From: Betaproteobacteria bacterium
GTDB lineage: Bacteria; Pseudomonadota; Gammaproteobacteria; Burkholderiales; JAYUZG01
Length of the DNA stretch: 56,314 nt
Reading direction: 5' to 3'
Assembly (NCBI GenBank): GCA_043751985.1
Contig: JAYUZG010000010.1
Location: 1 to 56,314 of the forward strand
The notes below the pieces were generated by a model, which saw nothing but the letters and a program-made list of their open reading frames with translations, made no database searches and was not told the origin of the DNA. The translations under genes were made by a program, and so were the position numbers. This document shows positions 37,952 to 47,493 of this stretch, in pieces; position 1 is the stretch's first letter, and each line of letters begins with the position of its first letter.

Positions 37952-38955
37952 CGGAAGTTCGCTTATTTCCTTGGCTGGAAAAGCAATGGCTAGCCTTGCT
38001 CGTCATGCGGGACAGGCTTCCGCAAGCACTGCTGTTTCATGGTGCTCAGGGGCTTGGAAAGCTCGCATTCGCCCAACACTTCGCGCAAGCGATGTTGTGT
38101 GAAGCGCCTTCGCTCAACGCCGACTCAGCTTGTGGTCGCTGTGGCGCCTGCGCGTTGTTTAAGGCCGGCACCCACCCAGACTATCTGTTGGTGCAACCCC
38201 AGGATGAAAGTCAGGAGGAGGGCGAGTCCGCATCTGCACAAGTGAAGGCGTCAGCACTGATCTCGGTCGCTGCGATTCGGGCGCTGACGGATTTTAATCA
38301 GATCAGTTCCAGCCGCGGTCGCAGCAAAATTGTGGTGCTTCACCCGGCAGAAGCGATGAACCGCAACGCAGCGAATGCGCTGCTAAAAACTCTGGAAGAG
38401 CCGATGTCCGGATTGAGGATCGTCCTGGTCAGCCATTTGCCAGGGAGGCTTCCCGCAACCATACGCAGCCGATGCAGCGCTGTCGCGTTTGCTCAGCCCG
38501 ATCGTGATCTCGCAATACAATGGCTGGAGGGGCAGCGGATTTCCGACGCTGCCGCGGCGCTAGATCACGCGGCCGGGGCGCCATTGCTTGCGCGCGATCA
38601 GCAGGCAGATCCGCGACACGCCAGTGCTCGGCAAGCGGCGGTCAAGGCGTTAGTGGGCAATGGCGATCCCGCCTTAATAGTCGATGAGATGATGGGCTGC
38701 GAGCCAGACTTGATGGTGACGCTGTTGCAGAAATACGCATTGGATCAACTGGCACTGAAGCTCGCCGGCCGCGCAATATATCAATCCGCGTTGTCGCCTT
38801 CATCGAACGTGGCTCAGGTCGAGTTGGACGCGCCCTTTTGGGTGCGATGGTACCAAGCGCTCGTATCAGAGGCACGTTGCGTGCATCACCCGCTCAATCC
38901 GCGCTTGCGATGCGAGAGAATTCTCAACTCTGTCCCCCGAGCGGCCGACAACTAG
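37948..38955 (+). CDS. holB: DNA polymerase III delta' subunit
   Basis: 'HALLFHGAQGLGK', Zn module 'CGRCGACALFKAGTHPD' and 'AANALLKTLEEP' are present. GTGA overlap with tmk. Confidence 0.87.
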   Translation: MTEVRLFPWLEKQWLALLVMRDRLPQALLFHGAQGLGKLAFAQHFAQAMLCEAPSLNADSACGRCGACALFKAGTHPDYLLVQPQDESQEEGESASAQVKASALISVAAIRALTDFNQISSSRGRSKIVVLHPAEAMNRNAANALLKTLEEPMSGLRIVLVSHLPGRLPATIRSRCSAVAFAQPDRDLAIQWLEGQRISDAAAALDHAAGAPLLARDQQADPRHASARQAAVKALVGNGDPALIVDEMMGCEPDLMVTLLQKYALDQLALKLAGRAIYQSALSPSSNVAQVELDAPFWVRWYQALVSEARCVHHPLNPRLRCERILNSVPRAADN

Positions 38956-38958
38956 ACT

Positions 38959-39333
38959 ATGGCAGAGCAAGATCGAAATCCGGCGGGCGCAGCAGCAAGA
39001 CCAGGCGCCCTGTCGCTGAGCATCAAAGAGAAAGCCATCCTGTTGGCGGCCTACATGCCATTCCTGAAAGGTGGCGGTCTGTTTATCCCGACCACCAAAA
39101 CCTACAAGCTCGGCGATGAAATCTTCATGCTGATCAGTTTAATGGCGGAACCGACCAAGCACCCGGTCGCCGGCAAAGTAGTGTGGATCACTCCGGCAGG
39201 GGCGCAAGGAAGCCGCGCTCAGGGTGTTGGAGTACAGTTTTCGGGAGACGACGCGGGCACCGCTGTTCGCAACAGTATCGAGGCCCTTGTTGCCGGGCAG
39301 GTCAAATCCGCCAGACCCACGCATACGATGTAG
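38959..39333 (+). CDS. pilZ: PilZ-domain protein (type IV pilus assembly PilZ-like)
   Basis: 'YMPFLKGGGLFIPT...YKLGDEIFMLISL...GKVVWITP...GVGVQF' is the pattern of PilZ proteins found next to holB. Confidence 0.7.
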   Translation: MAEQDRNPAGAAARPGALSLSIKEKAILLAAYMPFLKGGGLFIPTTKTYKLGDEIFMLISLMAEPTKHPVAGKVVWITPAGAQGSRAQGVGVQFSGDDAGTAVRNSIEALVAGQVKSARPTHTM

Positions 39334-39343
39334 TATTTACATG

Positions 39344-39365
39344 CAATATATAAGTTAATATATTG
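39344..39365. repeat. Perfect 8-bp inverted repeat inside an AT-rich island upstream of tatD
   Basis: CAATATAT (39344-39351), AAGTTA, then ATATATTG (39358-39365). It sits 2 nt before the tatD ATG, and no Shine-Dalgarno sequence is present. Confidence 0.6.
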
Positions 39366-39367
39366 AT

Positions 39368-40141
39368 ATGTATGTAGATTCTCACTGTCACATTAACTTC
39401 CCGGCGCTCCTTCCCGAACTCGATAACGTGCTGGCTCTTATGCGCACGAATCAGGTGACGGCGGCACTGTGCGTAAGCGTCGATATGGAGTCCTTTGACG
39501 CGGTGAACTCGATCGCGACACAGCATGCGCATATTTTTGCCAGCGTCGGCGTGCACCCGAATCATCACGAGGGTGCTGAGCCAGATGAGCTAGAACTGGT
39601 TCGCCTGGCGTCACTCCCGAAGGTAGTGGCGATCGGTGAAACCGGACTCGATTATTTTCGCCAAGCAGGAGACGCCTGGCCGCAGCAGCAGCGATTCCGA
39701 ACCCATATTCGCGCGGCAGTAAAAGCCGGGAAGCCACTCATAGTCCACACGCGGCAAGCCGCGGCCGACACGCTCCGGATCATGAAGGAGGAAAACGCGC
39801 GCGACGTCGGCGGCGTCATGCATTGCTTTACCGAAGACTGGGACACCGCACAAAAAGCGATGGATCAGGGTTTTTTCATCTCTTTGTCTGGAATAGTTTC
39901 GTTTAAGAATGCCGTGGAAGTTCGCGTTGTAGCACAGAAAATTCCCTTGAGTAGACTTCTGATCGAGACCGACTCACCGTACCTGGCGCCGGTTCCTTTT
40001 CGTGGCAAAACCAATCAGCCTGGGTATGTCAAATATGTTGCCGAGGCAATCGCCGAGCTTCGTGGCGTATCGCCGGAAGAGATTGGCCAAGCGACTACAG
40101 AGAATTTTCGGTCATTGTTCAAGGTTCACGCTTCACGTTAG
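39368..40141 (+). CDS. TatD-family metal-dependent hydrolase (YcfH-like)
   Basis: 'VDSHCHI', 'VGVHPN', 'AIGETGLDY', 'LIVHTR', 'GVMHCF' and 'LLIETDSPYL' are present. Confidence 0.9.
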   Translation: MYVDSHCHINFPALLPELDNVLALMRTNQVTAALCVSVDMESFDAVNSIATQHAHIFASVGVHPNHHEGAEPDELELVRLASLPKVVAIGETGLDYFRQAGDAWPQQQRFRTHIRAAVKAGKPLIVHTRQAAADTLRIMKEENARDVGGVMHCFTEDWDTAQKAMDQGFFISLSGIVSFKNAVEVRVVAQKIPLSRLLIETDSPYLAPVPFRGKTNQPGYVKYVAEAIAELRGVSPEEIGQATTENFRSLFKVHASR

Positions 40142-40370
40142 CCGAGCTTACTAAGCGCATAATGTATATTATGTTAAATTAAAGTTGCGCTGCACGGCCC
40201 CAATCTGCCCCCCTCTCTTACACAATCCGCGTACGCCCCAGACGCAATGCCGATTTCTTCAAGCGCGCAGTCAGCATAGCGCAAACAAATTTTGCTCCGA
40301 GGTAATAGCAGCAAAATCACGTAGACTCGCGGCGCCGCTGCTTGAGCGCAAATTGAATCCGGGGAGCGTA

Positions 40371-41558
40371 ATGCGAATTCGCGAGTTGAGTAAGTTGTGG
40401 TCTCTGATCTGCGGTTTTGCCGCGATGTTGTTGATCGTCAATGAGGCGCAAGCAGATTCAAACGTAAAAATCGGCTGGCTCACCTCTCTTACCGGCGCGC
40501 TTTCCTCCGCTGCGATCGCGGAGAACCAGGGCGTTCAGTTGGCAGTCGAGGAAATCAACGTGAGCGGCGGCATCCTGGGCCGCAAGATCGAACTGGTCAC
40601 ACGCGACACCGCAGGCGATCCAACCAAAGCCGTCAACTTCGCGCAACAGGTGATTTTCAGCGAGAAGGTCGATGCGATCATCGGTCCGGTTAATTCCGGC
40701 GAAGGTCTGGCGGCCATTCCGATGATTGCACGCAGCGGCATCTTGAATATCGTAATCGGGGCGCTGGACGATCTGGTCAGCCCGGAGAAATTCCCGCGCG
40801 CGTTTCGCGTAATCAATACCAATACACAGTGGATCAACACCGCCAATAACTACGCAGTGAAGACGCTGAAAAAAACCAAAATTGCCTTGATCGGGGACAC
40901 TACCGGTTACGGAACCGCCAGCGCAAAGTCCGCTACGGAGATGCTGGAAAAGCTCGGCGTGAAACCGGTGTACAGCGTTCTGCTCGACCCAAACAAGATC
41001 GATCTTGCGGATGAAATAGCCAAGGCAAAAGCGGCAGGCGCCGACGTTCTCATGCCATGGTCTGCGGCTACGGGTTTGTTAGGTCGCCTGCTCAACGCGC
41101 GTGGCGACATGGGTTGGAAGGTGACGGTGGTCGGCCATCCCGCTCTGATGGCACCGCAAATACGCAAGCTGCTGAATAAACCCGAGTACTGGAATGACAC
41201 CTTTGCGGCCGGCTATTCAAGTACCACCTTCAATGCGGATGGCAAACTGCCACCGAGGACTCAAGCCTTGCTCGACAAGATCCGCCCGAAGCTCGGTGGC
41301 GGCGAAGTCGATGTCATGTTCTGGTGGGTGGCACTTGGCTACGACACAGTGAAGATTATTGAGCACGCGGCCAAGACGGCCGGTTCGTTTGACCAGGCGG
41401 CGATGCAAACAGCGCTCGAAAATACGCGCGAGTACCCAGGCGTCTATGGCACCTACTCCTGGTCCGCCCAACAACGCAATGGCTTTCCCGACATCGGCAT
41501 GACAATGAACGTGGCCAATACCTTCAAGGTCGGCGCGTTCAAAATCGCTCCGCGTTAA
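40371..41558 (+). CDS. ABC transporter periplasmic substrate-binding protein (Leu/Ile/Val-binding-like, Peripla_BP_6)
   Basis: Signal peptide 'LICGFAAMLLIVNEAQA', then 'KIGWLTSLTGALS', 'IIGPVNSG'. ATG at 40371 has GGGGAG upstream. Confidence 0.85.
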   Translation: MRIRELSKLWSLICGFAAMLLIVNEAQADSNVKIGWLTSLTGALSSAAIAENQGVQLAVEEINVSGGILGRKIELVTRDTAGDPTKAVNFAQQVIFSEKVDAIIGPVNSGEGLAAIPMIARSGILNIVIGALDDLVSPEKFPRAFRVINTNTQWINTANNYAVKTLKKTKIALIGDTTGYGTASAKSATEMLEKLGVKPVYSVLLDPNKIDLADEIAKAKAAGADVLMPWSAATGLLGRLLNARGDMGWKVTVVGHPALMAPQIRKLLNKPEYWNDTFAAGYSSTTFNADGKLPPRTQALLDKIRPKLGGGEVDVMFWWVALGYDTVKIIEHAAKTAGSFDQAAMQTALENTREYPGVYGTYSWSAQQRNGFPDIGMTMNVANTFKVGAFKIAPR

Positions 41559-41574
41559 CCGGCCGGCGGTCGAC

Positions 41575-42435
41575 GTGCTCACAGTCCTTATTTCCGGCCT
41601 GGCCGTGGGCGCCCTATTCGCATCGACTGCCCTCGTCTACAACGTCATGTACTCGACGTCTAAGGTGTTGTCGGTCACCACCGGACATATCGCCATGCTG
41701 GGTGGAATCACCGGGGCATGGGCCATCGCCGGCTTGCAAGTTCCCGTCTGGATAGGTCTCGCCTCAGCGATTGCCATAGGTGGCTTGTTCGGTTACCTGA
41801 CTGACGTCATCGCGATACGGCGAGTGGTGACGCGAAGCGATGAGCACCTGTGGTTGTTGAGTACGCTCGCGCTGGCAACCATTGTGCAGCAAGCCGTAGG
41901 TTTGTGGTGGGGAACCGAACCCAAACCTTTTCCGAGACTTTTCGCGCAAGATTTTTCCAGCGGAATTGCCGACCAGAAATTCTGGTTGCCGATGCTGGTG
42001 GCCGCGCTGATGGCTACGGGTTTGGAATTGTTCTATCGCAGAACAATGTTTGGCAAACTGTTTGTCGCTCTCTCGGAAGACGCGTTCGCTGCCCGCGCAC
42101 GCGGCGTGCACACCGATTGTATCCGCGCGGCGTCCTACGCGTTGGCGGGCGCGCTGGGCGGACTCGCGGGCTTTGCCGCCGGTCAGCTTACCTTTGCGTA
42201 TTTCGCGCTCGGACTTACCTTGACATTGAACGGCTTCATCGCGCTCGCGGTCGGAGGACTCGGCAGCAATCTTGGCGCGTTGATCGGCGGCGTTGCGCTG
42301 GGGCTGCTTAATTCCCTGTCCAGCTACTTCTTTGGCGGTGAGTATCAGCAGACTATTGCGGTAGGCCTGCTGATCCTTGTGTTGCTGTTGCGGCCCGAAG
42401 GCTTGTTCGGGTCGAGCAAAGTGCGGCCGGTATAA
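41575..42435 (+). CDS. Branched-chain-amino-acid-type ABC permease (LivH-like)
   Basis: Polytopic membrane protein. 'AFAARARGVHTD', 'GALGGLAG' and 'GGLGSNLGALIGG' are typical of the LivH family. Confidence 0.85.
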   Translation: MLTVLISGLAVGALFASTALVYNVMYSTSKVLSVTTGHIAMLGGITGAWAIAGLQVPVWIGLASAIAIGGLFGYLTDVIAIRRVVTRSDEHLWLLSTLALATIVQQAVGLWWGTEPKPFPRLFAQDFSSGIADQKFWLPMLVAALMATGLELFYRRTMFGKLFVALSEDAFAARARGVHTDCIRAASYALAGALGGLAGFAAGQLTFAYFALGLTLTLNGFIALAVGGLGSNLGALIGGVALGLLNSLSSYFFGGEYQQTIAVGLLILVLLLRPEGLFGSSKVRPV

Positions 42436-42437
42436 AC

Positions 42438-43442
42438 GTGACGGTAACCAAGCAAACGCTGGGCGCCCTCGCCTGCCTGATGGCATTCGCTGCGCTGCCG
42501 ATGTGGGCAAGCGACCAATACATGCTGCATCTCGGCACTTTGATTTGCGCTTACTGGATACTCATCGCCGGGCTCAATCTGGTGGTGGGATTCGGCGGGC
42601 AATTATCCATTGGTCATGTTGGACTGCTCGCAATCGGCGCATACGGGTTCGCTATCGTCGCAGGAAAATTTGGTGTTCATCCGTTTGCCGCGCTGCTTTT
42701 CTCCGGCGCGCTCGGCGCAGCGTGCGGCTTGCTTCTCGGGCTACCATCGCTACGCCTCCCCAGATTTTATTTCGCCATGGCCACCCTCGCGTTCTCGCTC
42801 ATTGTCGGCGAGTTGATCCTTGCACAGGGCAGTCTCACCGGCGGTGGCGTAGGGTTGCCGGTGCCGGCCTTCCCCGCGCCGTTCGATTCACCGCGCGGGT
42901 TTTATTGGCTGGTGCTGGTCATCGCGGCCGTGTGCACCTGGATGTTACGAAACATTGCGCACCGCATGTGGGGGCGCGCGTTGATCTCGATTCGCGACAA
43001 CCCGGTTGCAGCCGCCGCGGCCGGCGTGCCGGTGTTTCGCGCCAAACTGATCGCCTTTATTTTCAGTGGATTCACAGCGGGAATTGCCGGTGCCTTGTTT
43101 GGCTCGTTGCAAAGCTATATCACGCCCGATACGTTTCAGTTTGAATTGGGATTGTTTTTTTTCGTGTGCATCATCATCGGCGGACGCGGCAGCGTGTTCG
43201 GACCTCTCGCCGGGACCATCGTGCTCACGGCCTTGCCGGAACTTGCTTCCCCACTCGCCCGGCTCGGAACATTTTTCTATGGGCTGATGCTGTTGTTCGT
43301 CGTGCTGGTGGTGCCCGAGGGGATCGGCCGCGTGTTCGAAATTATGGTTGCACGCTGGCGGCCGCAAAAACGCGCCAGCACGCTGATCAATCCGGATCTA
43401 CCCAGCCTGACCCGCGCCATTGAGGCGAACGGCCGCCGATGA
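42438..43442 (+). CDS. Branched-chain-amino-acid-type ABC permease (LivM-like)
   Basis: 'GFGGQLSIGHVGLLAIGAY', 'IRDNPVAAAAAGV' and 'IIGGRGSVFGPLAG' are present. Confidence 0.85.
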   Translation: MTVTKQTLGALACLMAFAALPMWASDQYMLHLGTLICAYWILIAGLNLVVGFGGQLSIGHVGLLAIGAYGFAIVAGKFGVHPFAALLFSGALGAACGLLLGLPSLRLPRFYFAMATLAFSLIVGELILAQGSLTGGGVGLPVPAFPAPFDSPRGFYWLVLVIAAVCTWMLRNIAHRMWGRALISIRDNPVAAAAAGVPVFRAKLIAFIFSGFTAGIAGALFGSLQSYITPDTFQFELGLFFFVCIIIGGRGSVFGPLAGTIVLTALPELASPLARLGTFFYGLMLLFVVLVVPEGIGRVFEIMVARWRPQKRASTLINPDLPSLTRAIEANGRR

Positions 43443-44224
43443 GTAGACTCGCGCCTGCCGTCGCTGTTGATTACGAGCTAACCGCAGTCGCGGTCAGCAA
43501 ATCGTTTGACGGAATCCAGGCGTTAACTGATGTTTCCTTGAGTCTGCGTCCTGGCGAAGTGCACGGTCTTATCGGGCCAAACGGCAGTGGCAAGACCACG
43601 CTGTTAAATTTGCTGTCGGGTTATTACCGCCCAAGCGGCGGCGCGATTCTCTATCGCAATGAGAGTCTGGAGACTGCCACGGTTCAGCGCCGCGCCGACA
43701 TCGGCATCGCGCGTACCTTCCAGAAGCCACGTTTGCTCGGCTCGTTGTCGGTCCTCGACAACGCCATGCTCGGCGCATGGGGCGACACAGAATCGGGCTT
43801 TCTCGCTACGGCCCTGGCACTGCCTTCGGCGCGTCGCGAGGAGCACAAGATGCGCGAGCGCGCCAGTGAATTGCTGCACGCAATCGGGTTGGGGCGGGTG
43901 ATTGATCATCAAGCCAAGCTGCTCGAACACGCGGAGAAACGCTTTCTTGAAATCGCACGCGGCCTCGCCGCGCGACCGACTTTCATGCTGCTGGACGAAC
44001 CTGCCGGCGGTCTGACCGAAAACGAGATTGAGTTGCTCGGCAAAGTTATTACCACGCTAAAGAATTCCGGCATCGGCGTCTTACTGGTCGAGCATCACAC
44101 CGATTTCGTGTTTCGCATCAGTGACCGAGTGACTACACTGGATCTTGGCAAGATGATCAAGTACGGCACGCCGGAGGAAGTTCGGCGCGATGCGGAAGTG
44201 ATTCGCGTGTATCTCGGCGCATGA
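43439..44224 (+). CDS. ABC transporter ATP-binding protein (LivG-like)
   Basis: Walker A 'GPNGSGKTT', Walker B 'LLDEPAGGL' and C-terminal 'VIRVYLG'. ATGA overlap with the upstream gene. Confidence 0.9.
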   Translation: MSRLAPAVAVDYELTAVAVSKSFDGIQALTDVSLSLRPGEVHGLIGPNGSGKTTLLNLLSGYYRPSGGAILYRNESLETATVQRRADIGIARTFQKPRLLGSLSVLDNAMLGAWGDTESGFLATALALPSARREEHKMRERASELLHAIGLGRVIDHQAKLLEHAEKRFLEIARGLAARPTFMLLDEPAGGLTENEIELLGKVITTLKNSGIGVLLVEHHTDFVFRISDRVTTLDLGKMIKYGTPEEVRRDAEVIRVYLGA

Positions 44225-45006
44225 CCACGGAATCGGCAGAAAGCATCGTGGCGACGCGTCCTGACACGACTCTGCTCGCTGTGCGCGGATTAAACGTTGC
44301 CTACGGTACCGCGGCGGTGGTGCATGATGTTTCATTCGACGTACGGGCAGGAGAGTTTGTGGTGCTGCTCGGCCGCAATGGCGCGGGCAAGAGCAGCATC
44401 CTGCACGCGCTGTCCGGGTTGATCCCTAAGGTTTCCGGTGAAGTCTTTTTCGACGGCGTCGATTTCACGCACGCGAGCGCGCGCGCGATCGTGCGCGCCG
44501 GCGTGGTGCAAGTCCTCGAAGGGCATCGGGTGTTCGGCGCGCTCACGGTAGAAGACAACTTATTGATCGGGACCTATGCGCGCCATCCGCGCGGAGACCG
44601 TTCAGCATTGGTGCGCATATACGATTTCTTTCCCGAGTTGGCCGGGCGCCGAAATGAAATGGCGTCACGTCTGTCCGGCGGCCAGCAGCAGATTCTCGCC
44701 GTGGCGCAAGGCGTGATCGCGAGACCACGATTGCTGATTCTGGACGAACCCTCCGGCGGCCTCGCCCCATTAGTGATCGACCGCATTCTCGCGGTCGCGA
44801 CGGATCTGTGTCGCTCCGGCCTGGCGATTTTGCTGGTCGAGCAACTGGTCGAGAAAGCGCTGCGCTGCGCGCACTGGTGCTATCTGATTGAAACCGGCCG
44901 TGTGGTGGCGTCCGCGTCGTCGGCCGACATCCGCCATTCCGAGTTGCTGCATCGCGCGTATTTGGGCGGCGGCGTCCACGAACCATCTTCGAGAACCATG
45001 GCATGA
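44221..45006 (+). CDS. ABC transporter ATP-binding protein (LivF-like)
   Basis: Walker A 'GRNGAGKSS', signature 'LSGGQQQ' and Walker B 'LILDEPSGGL'. ATGA overlap with the upstream gene. Confidence 0.9.
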   Translation: MTTESAESIVATRPDTTLLAVRGLNVAYGTAAVVHDVSFDVRAGEFVVLLGRNGAGKSSILHALSGLIPKVSGEVFFDGVDFTHASARAIVRAGVVQVLEGHRVFGALTVEDNLLIGTYARHPRGDRSALVRIYDFFPELAGRRNEMASRLSGGQQQILAVAQGVIARPRLLILDEPSGGLAPLVIDRILAVATDLCRSGLAILLVEQLVEKALRCAHWCYLIETGRVVASASSADIRHSELLHRAYLGGGVHEPSSRTMA

Positions 45007-47117
45007 ATGAAAAATTGCGCGACGGCCTGCGTGCGGCTCTCTATCCTCGCTCGATTGCTTTGATCGGCGCCTCCGACAATCCGAACAAAATCGGCGGCCG
45101 CCCGCTCGCATTCTTGTCACGCTTTGGCTTTCGCGGATCGGTGTATCCGATCAATCCGACGCGTAACGAAGTGCAAGGTATGAAGACTTATTCCGGGCTG
45201 AGCGCGCTGCCCGAAGTTCCGGACATGGCAATCGTCGCGGTGGCCGGCGACATGGCCATGACCGCAGTTGAAGCGTGCGCTGTTGCGGGTGTAAAGGTCG
45301 CGCTCGTCATGGCGTCCGGCTTCGGCGAAACCGACGCAGCCGGTAAAGCCAAAGAGCAGCGCATGAAAGCTGTTGCCGCTGAGCACGGCATGCGCATCGT
45401 CGGTCCGAATTCACAAGGTCTGGCGAACTTTGGCAATGGCGCTGTCGCGAGCTTCTCGACCATGTTTGTCGAAACTCCGCCTGCGGTCGGTCCGGTTGGA
45501 ATCGTCAGCCAGAGCGGCGGCATGAGCGTCGTGCCGTATCACCTGCTGCGCGCGCGTGGCATCGGCGTGCGCCATGTTCACGCGACCGGCAATGATGCAG
45601 ACATTACCGTTTGCGAATTGGCGACACTGGTGGCGGAAGACCCTGAAGTACGCTTGCTCCTTCTATATCTCGAAGGCATTCCCGATCCGTGGAATTTGGC
45701 CGAAGTCGCACGCATCGCGCGCGAACGCAAGGTGCCGGTCATCGTGCTGAAGTCAGGCCGCACGGCGGCCGGCCGGGAGGCGGCACGGTCGCACACCGGC
45801 GCGCTCGCGAGCGAAGATCGCGTGGTTGACGCGTTTCTGGAACAACATGGAATCTGGCGCGCACAAACGGTCAACGAATTGGTCGATGCCGCTGATCTGT
45901 ATTTGAAAGGATGGAAACCACAAGGCCGCAATCTCGTCGCGGTAAGCAATTCCGGCGCAGTGTGTGTATTGAGCGCGGATGCCGCGACCGCCGCGGGCCT
46001 GCCCATGGCAAAGCTGAGCGATACCACGCGCGCGGAGCTCACGCGCATCCTGCCTGGATTCGCCACCACGACCAATCCAATTGATATCACCGCCGCGCTG
46101 CTCAGCAACAGCGGGCTGTTCAGCGAGATTCTGCCGGTGCTCGCGAAGGACTCCTCGGCCGATGCGTTTCTGATCGGCATTCCGGTTGCGGGCGCTGGCT
46201 ATGACGTCGAGCGTTTCGCCGTTGACTCAGCCGCGTTTGCCAAACAAACCGGCAAGCCGATCGTCGTCTCCGCGCCGCAACCCGTGGTGGCAGATCGTTT
46301 TCGCGCGCAGGGCCTGACCGTTTTTGCGACTGAGAGCGATGCGCTGCGCGCGCTGGCGCAATATCTTGGACACATGGAATTGATGGATCGTGTCGTCAAG
46401 CATCCACCGTCCGCGATTGATCGCGCGGCGGCGAGCGGCGAGTCGACCATGCTCAACGAAAGCGAAAGCCTGAAGCTGCTCGCACAGACCGGCGTGCCGG
46501 TCGTCGCACATCAACTATGTCATACGGCAGCGGAGGCGCTCACGGCATTCGAAGCGCTGGGAAGTTCGGTGGCGATGAAAGGCTGCACCGCCGAAGTCGC
46601 GCACAAAACCGAGTTAGGTCTGGTCAAGCTCGGTATTCGCGATCGTGCATCGGCCCAGAAAGCGTATGACCAAGTTCTTCTCGCCGCGCAAGCGGCTGCA
46701 ATCAAACTTGACGGAGTGATCGTCGCCGCAATGGAAGAGGGTCAGCGTGAGCTGATGATCGGCGCACGCCGTGATGCCTTGTTTGGACCGGTCATCCTGG
46801 TCGGCGACGGAGGCAAATACGTCGAGGCCATGCCCGACGCGCAAGTATTACTTGCGCCGTTTCACGCCGGCGACGTGATGCGCGCGCTGTCACGCTTACG
46901 CATCGCGCCCCTGCTCGCCGGCGTGCGCGGCGAGCCGCCGCTCGATATGGAAGCATTTTGTGACTGCGTGGCCGCGGTGGGACGACTGATGCTGGACGCA
47001 AACTGCAGCGTCAGCAATTTGGATTTGAATCCGGTGATGCTGAGGTCGCGCGGTCAGGGCTGCACTGCCGTGGACGCGGTTATTTTCCAACATGCGGCGA
47101 TTGCCGTAGTTGAGTGA
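45003..47117 (+). CDS. ADP-forming acyl-CoA synthetase (acetate--CoA ligase family; CoA-binding, succinyl-CoA-synthetase-like and ATP-grasp domains)
   Basis: 'PRSIALIGASDNPNKIGGRP', 'YPINP', 'GPNSQG', 'GIVSQSGG' and 'RSHTGALAS', plus a C-terminal ATP-grasp region. ATGA overlap with the LivF-like gene. Confidence 0.85.
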   Translation: MNEKLRDGLRAALYPRSIALIGASDNPNKIGGRPLAFLSRFGFRGSVYPINPTRNEVQGMKTYSGLSALPEVPDMAIVAVAGDMAMTAVEACAVAGVKVALVMASGFGETDAAGKAKEQRMKAVAAEHGMRIVGPNSQGLANFGNGAVASFSTMFVETPPAVGPVGIVSQSGGMSVVPYHLLRARGIGVRHVHATGNDADITVCELATLVAEDPEVRLLLLYLEGIPDPWNLAEVARIARERKVPVIVLKSGRTAAGREAARSHTGALASEDRVVDAFLEQHGIWRAQTVNELVDAADLYLKGWKPQGRNLVAVSNSGAVCVLSADAATAAGLPMAKLSDTTRAELTRILPGFATTTNPIDITAALLSNSGLFSEILPVLAKDSSADAFLIGIPVAGAGYDVERFAVDSAAFAKQTGKPIVVSAPQPVVADRFRAQGLTVFATESDALRALAQYLGHMELMDRVVKHPPSAIDRAAASGESTMLNESESLKLLAQTGVPVVAHQLCHTAAEALTAFEALGSSVAMKGCTAEVAHKTELGLVKLGIRDRASAQKAYDQVLLAAQAAAIKLDGVIVAAMEEGQRELMIGARRDALFGPVILVGDGGKYVEAMPDAQVLLAPFHAGDVMRALSRLRIAPLLAGVRGEPPLDMEAFCDCVAAVGRLMLDANCSVSNLDLNPVMLRSRGQGCTAVDAVIFQHAAIAVVE

Positions 47118-47122
47118 GGCTG

Positions 47123-47491
47123 TTACTCCTCACGCCGAAAGCGGATCAAATTCTTGTTTCCCAGTCTGAATACTTCGCTGTTTACGCGCTCGCCGATCTT
47201 CGCATCAATCGGACCGTGGCCCATCAATCGGCCGCCTTCCTCCAGATCGACCAGCACGATTCCATACGGCGTCAGCGCTTTGAACTCGTCAGACGGCGCG
47301 CGCGTGACCACGGTGGCGGCGAACACCGTGCCGCGCCCGCTCGATGTTTGCCAATCGAGCTGCGAGCTGCCACAGTGGGTGCAGGCATAACGCGCGAGCC
47401 GCTGTGCGCGGCCGCATTCACGGCAGCGTTGAAAGCGCAATTCGGATTGCTCCAATCCGCGCGTGAACTCTGACATCGAGGTCGCTGCCAT
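47123..47491 (-). CDS. DUF35 protein (Zn-ribbon plus OB-fold)
   Basis: Zn ribbon 'CRECGRAQRLARYACTHCGS' followed by OB-fold 'GTVFAATVV...YGIVLVDLEEGGRLMG'. Start 2 nt after the upstream stop, with GGGAG upstream. Confidence 0.8.
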   Translation of the reverse strand: MAATSMSEFTRGLEQSELRFQRCRECGRAQRLARYACTHCGSSQLDWQTSSGRGTVFAATVVTRAPSDEFKALTPYGIVLVDLEEGGRLMGHGPIDAKIGERVNSEVFRLGNKNLIRFRREE

Positions 47492-47493
47492 CC

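Noticed and set aside
41764-42510. 248-aa minus-strand ORF overlapping the LivH-like permease gene; similar long antisense ORFs at 19809-20519 and 48920-49690
   Set aside because: The opposite strand encodes clearly recognisable proteins in each case. The antisense products are Arg/Gln-rich and lack start-site signals.
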